From Malacoraja senta (taxonomy: Eukaryota): a DNA stretch of 64,000 nt. The position numbers and the translations under genes are program-made. Positions 50,653 through 61,684 of the stretch are shown here, piece by piece (the first letter of the stretch is position 1; each line of letters starts with the position of its first letter). The notes under the pieces are model-generated. The model worked only from the letters and a program-made list of their open reading frames with translations. It did no database searches and was not told the origin of the DNA. The stretch is taken from positions 62,001 to 126,000 of the forward strand of contig JAXLNO010006072.1 in assembly GCA_038087875.1 (NCBI GenBank). The letters run 5' to 3'.

Positions 50653-51852
50653 TTAATGAGGATCACCATCATCCACCTCACTGACATACTCCATACTGCT
50701 AGCTCTCGACAACTGTGACCTCTCCATACACTGACTCTCCGTCATGTATTGATGCAACTTTTCTGGCAACTGCTTTACACTGAGGAACCTTTCAGCTGCC
50801 CCCACCACTAACCTGATGATATCTGACCGGTTAGCTGCTTTCTTAGCTCCTACCAGCACATCAGAAACAAAAGACAGAAATGACTCCTTATTAAAAATCA
50901 ACATGTCAGATGGAAAAGCCGACGGCAAGTTTGGCACAGTGATCTGGCTTCCTAGCACCACTCTAGTCCCAGCGCTCACATCTCCGCGTTCTCTAGCCAC
51001 CCTTTGAGCTGCCTCTGCATATGACACGTTGTTCTGATCCTTCACTTCCTGTACTCGCTTCGCCTGAACAAAGCGCTCACAACCATGAAACCCTGCTGCA
51101 TGATCCCCATCACAGTTAGGGCACTTAGGAGCCTCTGCCTTGCAATTTTGTATTGCATGATCTCCACCGCACTTTGCGCACTTTCTTTTACCCCGACAAG
51201 ACCCAGCAACATGTCCAAACCTCTGACAGTTATAGCAGCGCAACGGTGGTTTAATGTACTCCCTCACTTGATACGCCATACTCCCAAGAAACACTCTCTG
51301 TGGCAGTACTCCATCTTTGAACGTAAGCAGGACCGGCGGGTCCCTGACTCCATTCCTACTCTTAAATCTCACAACATCAATTACCTGGGCCCCCTTAACA
51401 TTTTCTAAGATCTCCTTCTCAGACAAGCCATCATACATCCCATACACCACTCCCTTTATTCCCTGCTCTCTTCCTCTAGGGACCAAACTCTCCACCTTGA
51501 CCACCAACTTCCCCACACCCCTAGCATCATTAAACTGTTTTCTGTCTTTGCAACAAACTCTTAACATCCCATTATACAGAATCTTGGCCTGAAAATCCCT
51601 ACCTATCTGGCTCTCCAAAGCGGTGGTAATTTTTAATGGATTCACTGCTCTAAATCCTGCATCTCCTTGATTTGTTCCTTTAACTTTAAACAGCACGACG
51701 AATTCTTCAATAATTTTAGTTCTCCTAACTTTACTTCCTTCGTCTCCTGACATTTCGGGTCTTTCGCTCGATGCCTCTCTCTTAGAGCCCCCCTTTTCCT
51801 TACCTACAGTCTGCCACCCACCACCCTCAGAACCACCACTCCCTGAAGCCAT
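50653..51852 (-). CDS. Nimb ORF1, intact 399 aa, three CCHC-type knuckles
   Basis: PLRCYNCQRFGHVAGSC, KCAKCGGDH, KCPNCDGDH. Confidence 0.88.
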   Translation of the reverse strand: MASGSGGSEGGGWQTVGKEKGGSKREASSERPEMSGDEGSKVRRTKIIEEFVVLFKVKGTNQGDAGFRAVNPLKITTALESQIGRDFQAKILYNGMLRVCCKDRKQFNDARGVGKLVVKVESLVPRGREQGIKGVVYGMYDGLSEKEILENVKGAQVIDVVRFKSRNGVRDPPVLLTFKDGVLPQRVFLGSMAYQVREYIKPPLRCYNCQRFGHVAGSCRGKRKCAKCGGDHAIQNCKAEAPKCPNCDGDHAAGFHGCERFVQAKRVQEVKDQNNVSYAEAAQRVARERGDVSAGTRVVLGSQITVPNLPSAFPSDMLIFNKESFLSFVSDVLVGAKKAANRSDIIRLVVGAAERFLSVKQLPEKLHQYMTESQCMERSQLSRASSMEYVSEVDDGDPH

Positions 51853-52471
51853 GGGCCTCTAGAATCTTTCTCCGGACGGTCGTACGGTCGGTCATTAATT
51901 TCTACTCTCTCTCCTACTCTCAGTGTCCTGGTCTGGAGCTCTTGTGATTTGGTCTCCTCTCAAGAACAAATCTCTACCACCACCCTCCACTTTCTACAGT
52001 CAAGCCAACTTTGTATCCAATTGCTAGCTTGCCCTCAATTCCATGTGACCTCACCTTCCAGATCAGCCTTCTATGTGGTACCTTGCCAACGGCCTGGCTA
52101 ACCTGAATGTACACATGTCTTTCGCACTCCCATCACCAATGCCCTCGCCTCACTTGTTTGAAATATTAATTAGGGTAAAAGTATTCTGTAGTATAACCGT
52201 AACTTCTGCACCTATCACCCCCATAGTTATGGGAAATAGGCATACATCTAAACCACAGCTTGAGTGAACAGCATTCCATCATTTCAATAGCTTAAGGCTA
52301 TTATTGGACCCTTGAAAAAGTGCACAATGCACATGCTTAGAAAGCTTGATCAGTTAAAAGTTCATCTTTTGTCTGTTGGAGGGGGTAGGGCGAAAGAGTA
52401 CATATTCTAAATCCAACCCCTCTTTCTTTTAAAAACCTGAAAATAGAAATTGTATTGATGACACAAAAATG

Positions 52472-53515
52472 CATACCTGCCAACAATTGAAAATGAAAAA
52501 TCTTACTCTGAGTGCACGGGTTGACGGAGTGCGAGCGCCGAAGGCGATCGCCCATTACGGGTGGGGTCCAGGGACCTGCCTTAGCTCCTGGATTTTAAGT
52601 TTTTTTTAGTAGTTTGCCGATATTGCGATATATTCAGAGCTGCCAAGTTTTCTCAGAGCATTTCAGTATTCTGGTACCTGAAAATCAGTATTTTGCTGAG
52701 GAAATCAGTATTTTTACGCGGTACCATTTTGCTAAAATGTTTTTTTATTTTTGATGTGCAGTCATACCCATGTAAGAGTACAAGAATGCATAACTTGTTT
52801 ATTGTGTATTTGTAATACAGTTTATTGTGTATTATATGTCATAGCTGCTTTCTTGCATTTGTCCAGAAGTTTATCATTGAAAGTCATTTGGTAGCAACAT
52901 TTCCCCATTGCCTGAGGAAATGATAAGAGGCTGGAATCTCTATATATTTCATTCTTTCTCTCTCTCTCTCTTTCTCTCCCTCTCCCCTCACCTCACCTCC
53001 CCCTCGCTCCCTCCTGCTCCCTCCCTCCCTCTCTCTCTCACGATCTCTCTCTCATTTCTCTCTCACCTCGGCATAACCCCTAAAAGATAAATATTTCATG
53101 AAATAAATGACTTCATACAGCTAAAAAAATCTTTACAAAGAATGTTACCTGAAATGTCTCTTTGCCCAGCACTGTGTGCAAACAGCAGAGAAAAAGTGAT
53201 TTTGGCTGCAGCCATCTTCTGCTTCAGTAAGGGAAGCTGGTCAGTGATTGGCCGCAATGCCCCTCGGAGACAGAGACTGATTGGCCACCGAGTGACCAGC
53301 CATTATGTGATTGGACACAATGCCCTTGAAGGCAGCGGCTGATTGGACGGGAATTTTAAGAGAAGCTGGTCGGTGATTGGACGCAACCCCCTTAGAGTCA
53401 GCGGTTGATTGGCTGTTTTTTTTACCTCATTTTAAAATCGTACTGTTCCAATTTTTCTCACTTTAACTTAAAAATCGGAACAAATACGATAAAATCGGAC
53501 TAGTTGGCAGGTATG
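52472..53515. mobile_element. Non-autonomous hAT-like element
   Basis: Perfect 13-bp TIR CATACCTGCCAAC / GTTGGCAGGTATG; subterminal aaaatc(a/g)g repeats; flanks aaaatg/taaatg may be a 6-bp TSD. Confidence 0.75.
53245..53412 (-). promoter_or_regulatory. Array of six CCAATCA (NF-Y consensus) boxes at 30-34 bp spacing
   Basis: TGATTGG on + strand at 53245, 53278, 53308, 53340, 53374, 53406; function untested. Confidence 0.45.
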
Positions 53516-54127
53516 TAAATGGTGATTGAATGGATATATTTTATGATGCTAAATTGGACGGAACATTTATAAAATTTCTTAAATGTCCAAAATATGTTTT
53601 AACTATAAATGATTGGAAACACCAAGTGTTTAACAGCAACAACATTGCACATTAATGGTACCAATTACCAGAGACTTAAGTTTGAAACATAAAATGAACC
53701 GACATCGAGCAAAAACTGATCAATGTTTGACAAAACTATATGTGGATGATCAATGTAATTAACATAAGATTTCTAATAGGACATTAATAAAAAATTGCAC
53801 TAAGGGCTATGTAGAGATACATTATCCATTATGTTTGCTACTTAAACTTATACCTTTCCTGACATGTGCTGTTTCTAAAATCCAAATATACACTGTGAGA
53901 ACAATGGGAAAACACTAATTCAAAGGGAAATCAATTATGCTTTAGATGTGTTCAGTATACTTAACAGAAAATAATACCTTACTTGAGTTATAAATGCCAA
54001 CTGCTTGAATTATCCATTGGATCAACAGAACCATCTTTTAAAAATTGTGCAATTAGAAGAATGATTGAAACAACTGTATATTTCAACCATAATTAAATTA
54101 GAACAAATGTCTTCTGCAACAACCCAC

Positions 54128-54238
54128 CATTACTCGGTGATCATCTGTGTCTATGACTGATGCTACTCTGATAAGCATTGGATTCCGTTTGTCAACCACC
54201 TCAAATTTCATGTTTGGGAGAAATCCATGTGCGGGCCG
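54128..54238 (-). CDS. L3MBTL3: L3MBTL3 exon E (111 nt): RPAHGFLPNMKFEVVDKRNPMLIRVASVIDTDDHRVM
   Basis: cag acceptor, gtggg donor; first half of MBT3. Confidence 0.94.
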
Positions 54239-54887
54239 CTGAAACAAAATAAAGAAACAAAGACTTATTTAGATTTGCTTTCCATCGGCAACCTTCACAA
54301 AATCTGATGCCCAAATCACACTATATGAATTCCAGTTTTAACCTCAAACTTAAAATTTGAAGAAGTGATTTAAAACTGAGCAGAATTTACAGCTGCATTC
54401 AAAATAACATTTATTGAAAGGTGCTATTTTTAAGTGTTACTTGAATTCAATCAATGAATTAGATCAGGAACTCATTACATTAATCTCAGAATTCATTAAT
54501 TGTTTCCTGGTTCCCTATGCACCCGAGCCTTTCAACAAACAAATGCAGTGGCATCAATAGCACACAATGCTTCTTAGTACATAATTTCCATGAAATTAAC
54601 TGGCACAGACCACTCATGCAGAGGCAGGACTGCACTAACAAATGCAAGGTTGACATGGTGAGATTTAAAGGTGAAATGACTGGATAGGTTCTAATCTTGT
54701 GGGAAATGGCACACATTATCTGCTGCACAAAGGTGCCCTTCAAGTTAAAATGCCCTTCAAGTTAACAAATCCTTTATTGCAAAATCTCTTCTCCAAACAG
54801 AGCACTTCCTCTCATCTTCACATCTCAACCTTGACCTTTCCCCACACGCTCCAAACTCAAATCTCTCCCTCGCAGTGATTCATCTTA

Positions 54888-55090
54888 CAGAAACATATAA
54901 AAATAGGTGAAATGTAGGCCATTCGGCCCTTCGAGCCAGCACCGCCATTCAATATGATCATGGCTGATCATCTAAAATCAGTACCCCATTCTTGCTTCCC
55001 CCCCCATATCCCTTGATCCTGTTAGCCCTATGAGCTAAATCTAATTCTCTGTTGAAAACATCCTGTGAATTGGCCTCCATTGCTTTCTGT
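54888..55090 (-). mobile_element. CR1 3' end
   Basis: ggccattcggcccttcgagccagcaccgcc tail motif. Confidence 0.85.
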
Positions 55091-55647
55091 CTTTGATGTC
55101 CAATCTTCCATCCTCCTTTCTCTCAATGACTGATGACCTGACTGCAAGTCTGCAGCAACCCAACCCAAGACCTAGGTGAAGTTTCTCTTTCCTTGCTCTG
55201 AAGTGAAAACAGAAGAAAATCATTTGAGCCTGTTAAACATGGACACAATGCAACAAGCCTTGCATTACCTTGAGCTTTGTGTGCAACAAAATATTAAATA
55301 CAAAACCCATCATGCATCATTCATTTAACATCTTTCCTGGCACCAACGCCTTTCTAGGTCACCATATTTCATTGTATGAATCAACAAAATGCTACAAATT
55401 AGCATTATACAAGATTGATTTTAATTCAGGTTAACAAGGTTTTCATACTTATATATGCCACAGGAATGGGTTTCAGACAATGGGCGAAAAACTAAAATTT
55501 GATGAACACTACAGAATTAAATTTGGCATTGATTTATGCATGATTAAAATGTACAGAGTGGCCAACAGAGATTTCATTTGTCATAATTCAATCTTACTAT
55601 ATTAAATTGAACACTGATCATGACTAATTTATTCTGGCATTACTTAC

Positions 55648-55733
55648 AGATTTAAAAGCCCGTGCAGGTGCAGGTAGAGAGTTTGTTTCTTCTAAGTATT
55701 TCTCCCATGAAAAATGTTTTGGGTCATGATAAT
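55648..55733 (-). CDS. L3MBTL3: L3MBTL3 exon D (86 nt): DYHDPKHFSWEKYLEETNSLPAPARAFKS
   Basis: tag acceptor, gtaagt donor; phase-compatible with both neighbours. Confidence 0.94.
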
Positions 55734-56081
55734 CTAAATAAATTAAATAAACATGTCATGAGCAAACCAAAATAATTTCTTTAAATTTTCCCAGTTCTTC
55801 AATTAAGAATCAGAATATTGGGATAAGCAAGCAGTTTGAGTTCTCAGCTTGTTCGCTGTCAATACAACTGACATGTGTATTATTCTATTAAAATACTTGA
55901 GATAACTTATTCTGTGCTAGAATAAGTCTAATCTTTTAAAGAAAAACTACAATGTCTGAACTTATCAGAAATCAATTTTATATTAATTATTTTCACCAGC
56001 TCATCAATTTTACACTTCCATATGCATATTGTGAATCTATAATGTGAATGGAAAAAATTGAGACAAGGAAACCAGCAGCTA

Positions 56082-57680
56082 CAGTGGCTTGCAAAAGTAT
56101 TCATACCCCTTGAACTTTTCCACATTTTGTCACGTTACAACCACAAACATAAATGTATTTTATTAGGATTTTATGTGATAGACCAACACAAAGTGGCGCA
56201 TAATTGTGAAGTGGAAGGAAAATGATACATGGTTTTCAAATTTTTTTACAAATAAAAAACTGAAAAGTGTCGCGTGCAAAAGTATTCAGCCCCCTTTACT
56301 CTGATACCCCTAAATAAAATCCAGCGCAAACAATTGCCTTCAGAAGTCACCTAATTAGTAAATAGAGTCCACTTGTATGTAATCTAATCTCAGTATAAAT
56401 ACAGCTGTTCTGTGAAGGCCTCAGAGGTTTGTTAGGGAACATTAGTGAACAAACAGCATCATGAAGCCCAAGGAACACACCAGTCAGGTCCGGGATAAAG
56501 TTGTGGAGAAGTTTAAAGCAGGGTTAGGTTATAAACAAATATCCCAAGCTTTGAACATCTCACGGAGCACTGTTCAATCCATCATCCGAAAATGGAAATA
56601 TGGCATAACTGCAAACCTACCAAGACATGGCCGTCCACCTAAACTGACAGGCCGGGCAAGGAGGGCATTGATCAGAGAAGCAGCCAAGAGGCCCATGGAG
56701 GAGCTGCAGAGATCCACCGGTCAGGTGGGAGAATCTGTCCACAGGACAACTATTAGTCGTGCACTCCACAAATCTTGCCTTTATGGAAGAGTGGCAAGAA
56801 GAAAGCCATTGTTGAAAAAAAGCCATAAGAAGTCCCGTTTGCAGTTTGCCACAAGCCATGTGGGGGACACAGCAAACATGTGGAGGAAGGTGCTCTGGTC
56901 AGATGAGACCAAAATTGACGTTTTTGGCCTAAATGCAAAACGCTATGTGTGGCGGAAACCTAACACTGCACATCACCCTGAACACACCATCCCCACTGTG
57001 AAACATGGTGGTGGCAGCATCATGCTGTGGGGATGCTTTTCTTCAGCAGGGACAGGGAAGCTGGTCAGAGTTGATGGGAAGATGGATGGAGCCAAATACA
57101 GGGCAATCTTGGAAGAAAACCTGTTAGAGTCTGCAAAAGACTTGAGACTGGGGCGGAGGTTCACCTTCCAGCAGGACAACGACCCTAAACATACAGCCAG
57201 AGCTACAATGGAATGGTTTAGATCAAAGCATATTCATGTGTTAGAATGGCCCAGTCAAAGTCCAGACCTAAATCCAATTGAGAATCTCTGGCAAGGCTTG
57301 AAAATTGCTGTTCACAGACGCTCTCCATCCAATCTGACCGAGCTTGAGCTATTTTGCAAAGAAGAATGGGCAAAAATTTCAGTCTCTAGATGTGCAAAGC
57401 TGGTAAAGACATACCCCAAAAGACTTGCAGCTATAATTGCAGCGAAAGGTGGTTCTACAAAGTATTGACTCAGGGGGGCTGAATAACTTTGCACGCGACG
57501 CTTTTCAGTTTTTTATTTGTAAAAAAATTTGAAAACCATGTATCATTTTCCTTCCACTTCACAATTATGCACCACTGGTCTATCACATAAAATCCTAATA
57601 AAATACATTTACGTTTGTGGTTGTAACGTGACAAAAATGTGGAAAAGTTCAAAGGGTATGAAAACTTTTGCAAGCCACTG
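56082..57680 (+). mobile_element. Full-length Tc1-like transposon (Passport-like, IR/DR type), 1599 bp
   Basis: TA TSD; TIRs of about 210 bp starting CAGTGGCTTGCAAAAGT with an inner repeat of GCAAAAGTATTCA. Confidence 0.96.
56461..57468 (+). CDS. Tc1 DD34E transposase, 335-aa open ORF
   Basis: GRPPK, WSDETK, QQDNDPKH, SPDLNPIENLW; 34 residues between second D and E. Confidence 0.93.
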   Translation: MKPKEHTSQVRDKVVEKFKAGLGYKQISQALNISRSTVQSIIRKWKYGITANLPRHGRPPKLTGRARRALIREAAKRPMEELQRSTGQVGESVHRTTISRALHKSCLYGRVARRKPLLKKSHKKSRLQFATSHVGDTANMWRKVLWSDETKIDVFGLNAKRYVWRKPNTAHHPEHTIPTVKHGGGSIMLWGCFSSAGTGKLVRVDGKMDGAKYRAILEENLLESAKDLRLGRRFTFQQDNDPKHTARATMEWFRSKHIHVLEWPSQSPDLNPIENLWQGLKIAVHRRSPSNLTELELFCKEEWAKISVSRCAKLVKTYPKRLAAIIAAKGGSTKY

Positions 57681-58183
57681 TAAGTACAATTGTTTTGTAT
57701 TTTTAAGCCCAGATCACAAATGTAGCGGTTTTTAAATGCTAAAATATAACCACGAAATGTCTGTTATCATTTTTACTTAAGGTTAAATGCAATAATTTAA
57801 AGCAGCTTAAATAAAACATTTACCAAATGTTGATATTATATTATAGTATTTAAGCATTGACAGTCTTTTTTTTTTAAATGAAATTATTTTTAAAATCAAA
57901 ATACACACACAGATATTTTCAGATGCTTTGTGAATTTTCATTGGGGAATTTGAGATTACCTCTCTCCATTGATTTTTTTTAATACACTGCTCTGGGTGAG
58001 AGATTTGTTCACACAACTTGGTCATAGATCAGTAAATTCAGGAAGATTTTCCATTCATTAGAATTTACGGATGGGAATTCATAATGGTTTGACCTGCTGG
58101 GTGTGCTCCTTAACAAGACAACTAGGTCATAAAATCTATTCCACATAATTTTTCTGAATAATCTAGATTTTGAAGACATTCAC

Positions 58184-58260
58184 CTGGAGGGGTTGTGAGG
58201 ATTTTCCCATGCTGCTGGCACCATCCAACTGGGTGAATGTAAGGACTTGTGGCATCGCAC
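58184..58260 (-). CDS. L3MBTL3: L3MBTL3 exon C (77 nt): CDATSPYIHPVGWCQQHGKILTTPP
   Basis: cag acceptor, gtgaa donor; IHPVGWC MBT motif; phase 2 in, phase 1 out. Confidence 0.94.
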
Positions 58261-58784
58261 CTGTAGAATAAACAGTTCACCCAGGTGAAGAGACAATATT
58301 ATTGTTTGAAATCCTACAGCATCATCATCATCATAAGATAATTGAGAAAAGTTTAATTTCACATGTGTAGGCTGTATCACAGCCAACTAAAAAGGCAAAC
58401 TATACATTTATATGCTAAAATAGGGCAGCACTTGCAAAGAGGGAACCAGTTAACATTTCACAGCGTAAAGTATTAACTTTTTCTCTTTCTACAGATGCTG
58501 CCTGACAAGTGATGTCAACATTTTCTGCCTTTACTTCAAATTTTCAAATATTGGAATGGTCCACAAAATTATCTTCGTCTTTCATGAGTCAAATGAGAGT
58601 CGAGAAATCTACATTATTTATTAAAGAAAATGTTCTGAACTGATCAGCTATGAACAAACAATATACCTGTTCTTTGATCCTTGAATAATTGTACAGCTGT
58701 ATAAAACTGGAGTACTATTGCCCTCTTGTGGTCAAAACATTCACAAAGCATCCATACAAAGGTACAACGGTATAATCTTCTCAC

Positions 58785-58936
58785 CAGTAGTCATAACTTT
58801 CATCCCAGTTGTCAAAATGCACCAGGAACCGGTTATCAACCATGTCGGATACTGTTGCCACACAAATAAATTCTGGATTCTTTTTATCAACAGCTTCCAG
58901 TTTCATACCCAATCGAAAGCCCAAAGGGGTAATTGT
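58785..58936 (-). CDS. L3MBTL3: L3MBTL3 exon B (152 nt): TITPLGFRLGMKLEAVDKKNPEFICVATVSDMVDNRFLVHFDNWDESYDYW
   Basis: ttag acceptor, gtgag donor; MBT2 core with methyl-lysine cage residues (D, F, W, Y). Confidence 0.95.
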
Positions 58937-59072
58937 CTAAAACAAAGAGATTAAAAAAGATATTTGCTTGAAGTACAATGATGAAACATATTTATTCTGC
59001 AACAGCAGAAATACCATCATAGATGTTCTTGGTTTCTGCAAATGTTCCACTCAGTGGTGGTGCAGGGGGAGC

Positions 59073-59371
59073 ATGGTGGCACAGCGGGAGAGATGCTGCC
59101 TAACAATGTCAGAGACCCGGGTTCGATCCTAACTACGGGTGCTTATCTGTACGGAGTTTGTTCGTTCTCCCCGTGGCCTGCATGAGTTTTCTATGGGATC
59201 TCCGGTTTCCTCCCACACTCCAAAGATGTGGAGGTTTGTAAGCTAATTGGCTTTGGTATAATTGTATATTGCCCCTAGTGTGTAGGATAGTGTTGGGGTG
59301 CGGGAATCGCTGGTCGGCGCTGACTGTGAGCCAAAGGGTCTGTTTTCGTGCTGTATTTCTAAACTAAACTC
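59073..59371 (+). mobile_element. tRNA-derived V-SINE (HE1-like)
   Basis: ggtggcacagcgg A box, ggttcgatcc B box, V-domain, ctaaactaaact tail. Confidence 0.88.
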
Positions 59372-59667
59372 TGTAATAGCTTAGTGAGGTCATAGATCAT
59401 GAAACCTGACTGTTTTTTGATCAATGGTCTATTCTAGAATCATATTACTATCAGCCAAACTGTATTTTAGTGCTCTAATCAAATATAAAACTAGGAACAA
59501 GTAAATAGACATTGGTTTCCTTTAAAACTAAACACATTATTTTTATTTAAATAAGACGTTGAGGTAGGAAGGAAATGAGTAAAAGCATTTTACATTTTAA
59601 TACCAGAGACACATTGTTTTGGGGGCTAGTCCCCTACAGTTTTCTCTTCAGCATATAAAAGGCATGC

Positions 59668-60538
59668 TCAATAGGGTTCAGAAAGGGTGATTGACGGCCA
59701 CTCAAGAATTGACCATTTTTTAGTTTTGAAAATCTCCTTTGTTGCTTTAGCAGTATGTTTGGGATCATTGTTTTGCTGTAGAATGAACTGCTGGCCAATG
59801 TGTTTTGAGGCATTTGTTTGAACTTGAGCAGATAGGATGTGTCTATACACTTCAGAATTCATTATGCTACTACCATCAGCAGTTGTATCATCAATGAAGA
59901 TAAGTGAGCCAGTACCTTCAGCAGCCATACATGCTCAGGCCATAACACCCCGATCACCGTGTTTCACAGATGAGATGGTATGCTTTGGATCTTGGGCAGT
60001 TCCTTCTCTCCTCCATACTTTGCTTTTGCCTTCACTGTGATATGTTAATCTTTGTCTCATCTGTCCACAAAACCTTTTTCCAGAACTGTGGTTGCTCTTT
60101 TAAGTACTTCTTGGCAAACTGTAACCCGGCCATCCTATTTTTGCGGCTAACCAATGGTTTGCATCTTGCAGTGAAGCTTCTGTATTTCTGTTCATGAAGT
60201 CTTCTGCGGAGAGTTGTAATTGAGAAATCCACACCTGACTCCTGAAGAGTGTTTCTGATCTGTCGGACAGGTGTTTGGGGGTTTTCTTTATTATAGAGAG
60301 AATTCTTCTGTTATCAGCTGTGGAGGTCTTCCTTGGCCTGCCAGTCCCTTTGCGATTAGTAAGCTCACCAGTGCTCTCTTTCTTCTTAATGATGTTCCAA
60401 ACAGTTGATTTTGGTAAGCCTAAGGTTTGGCTGATGTCTAACAGTTTTATTCTTGTTTCTCAAGTCTCATAATGGCTTATTTGACTTTCATTGGCACAAC
60501 TTTGGTTCTCATGTTGGTAAACAGCAATAAAAGTTTCC
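59668..60538 (-). mobile_element. Degenerate Tc1 transposase fragment (second family)
   Basis: KKVLWTDETKIN, ILQQNNDPKHTAK, LEWPS; frameshifted; no TIRs seen. Confidence 0.85.
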
Positions 60539-60946
60539 TCCACTCTCCCCCCCCCCCCACCCCGGCTCTGTCACGCTGGCGGAAGCCACAGATCGGCTGT
60601 TCCCCCGCTGCTTTTCGCCATCCTCGCTGGCGGCCAGCAGGCTCACTCGGGATCACGCCCGCCCACTCCACCCCCCCCCTCCCCGTACTCGGGGTCTGAA
60701 GCGCTGAGGATGCGAGGCCATGGAGCTGAGGCTCACTCTGAGGCCGACGGCTGCTGGGCGACCCTACCCCTCTCCTCCCTCCCTTATTAATATAATATCA
60801 ATGGGGTGGTTAGTGTGTGTGTGAGGGGTGGTTAGTGTGTGTGTGTGTGAAAGGTTGGTTAGTGTGTGTGTGATGCCCCAGGCCGCCCCCTCCCCTCACA
60901 ACCGCGCGTTGCGGGAACAGACACAAAGGGTCTGCACTTGGTCTAG
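60539..60946 (+). mobile_element. Probable non-autonomous Helitron 3' part
   Basis: GC-rich body, subterminal hairpin agac..aaag..gtct, ends in CTAG followed by T. Confidence 0.55.
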
Positions 60947-61424
60947 TATATCTTAAAACTCTCATCTTGTCCTCTTCCGGTTTGCGTTGTTTTTAAGTTT
61001 GGCAAAAACGGCACGCTAGTATTTTTTCGTCACTTTACTCACCGTTCTCCTCTGCTCCAAGCGCACAATATCGTTCCGATCGGTGGAATATTACAAAAGT
61101 TATGAAGGTTTAAAAAATCTTGAGATCAGCAGATTGGTCTTCTCACTTGTCATTCACCATGAAGGTACGCCCCTTCCGGCACCCGCTGTCAATCACCAGG
61201 GCGAGGAGAATAAAGCCCCGGAGGCGGGGACGAGTCCGTGAGCCGCGCTGATTGAGTCCACAATCCGTGCTGATTGAGACCGCAAGAGTGGAGTCGGGGA
61301 AGCCGCTGAGTGGAGTCGGGGAAGCCGCTGAGTGGAGTCGGGGAAGCCGCTGAGTGGAGTCGGGGAAGCCGCTGTGTGGAGCCGGGGAAGCCGCTGAGTG
61401 GAGTCGGGGAAGCCGCTGTGTGGA
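60947..61424 (+). mobile_element. Probable non-autonomous Helitron 5' part with minisatellite
   Basis: tatatcttaaaactctc start immediately after CTAG, resembling Helitron 5' ends. Confidence 0.45.
61286..61424. repeat. 22-bp minisatellite, 6.3 copies (GAGTGGAGTCGGGGAAGCCGCT)
   Basis: Head-to-tail units without spacers. Confidence 0.95.
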
Positions 61425-61592
61425 CCCACCAACACAGTGCCCCAAACAGCTTCAATTCAATTTTCGATTTGCAAGAAATATCATTCCACTTAGAGGTGGC
61501 AGTGTAATTCACAAAAACGATTTATAGTATGGCAGTTGTTGACATGCCATCATTTTTCCATTCACTATGTTTGAAAACCTGCTGCTTCTTAC

Positions 61593-61684
61593 CGTGTTTT
61601 GGTTTTCAAATAGAGACTTTGGCACCGCTTGAGCCTTGCACATCTTTAAGTATGAATGCCAGTTAAACTCATCTTCTCTGTAGC
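61593..61684 (-). CDS. L3MBTL3: L3MBTL3 exon A (92 nt): GYREDEFNWHSYLKMCKAQAVPKSLFENQNT
   Basis: cag acceptor 61687-61685, gtaag donor 61592-61588; MBT repeat arm. Confidence 0.93.

Larger units (their letters stand above)
46845..51961 (-). mobile_element. Full-length Nimb/I-group LINE
   Basis: 14-bp TSD aagaacaaatctct at 46831-46844 and 51962-51975; (AAG)n tail; gag-like ORF1; APE-RT-RNase H ORF2. Confidence 0.92.
6401..61684 (-). other. L3MBTL3: L3MBTL3 gene body (partial; 11 coding exons in window, 5' exons and remaining SAM exons not seen)
   Basis: Eleven minus-strand exons with AG/GT boundaries splice into one open frame. It matches remembered vertebrate L3MBTL3 motifs (KAQAVPKSLFENQN, KHFSWEKYLEETNSLPAPARAFK, PYSEINLN..DRLNGEMP..PRNK, WEQHSKLLPGVAGI). 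Confidence 0.93.

Noticed and set aside
61286-61424. 22-bp repeat array as CRISPR, and its repetitive ORFs as genes
   Set aside because: No spacers, no cas genes, eukaryotic intron; the ORFs are artefacts of the minisatellite.
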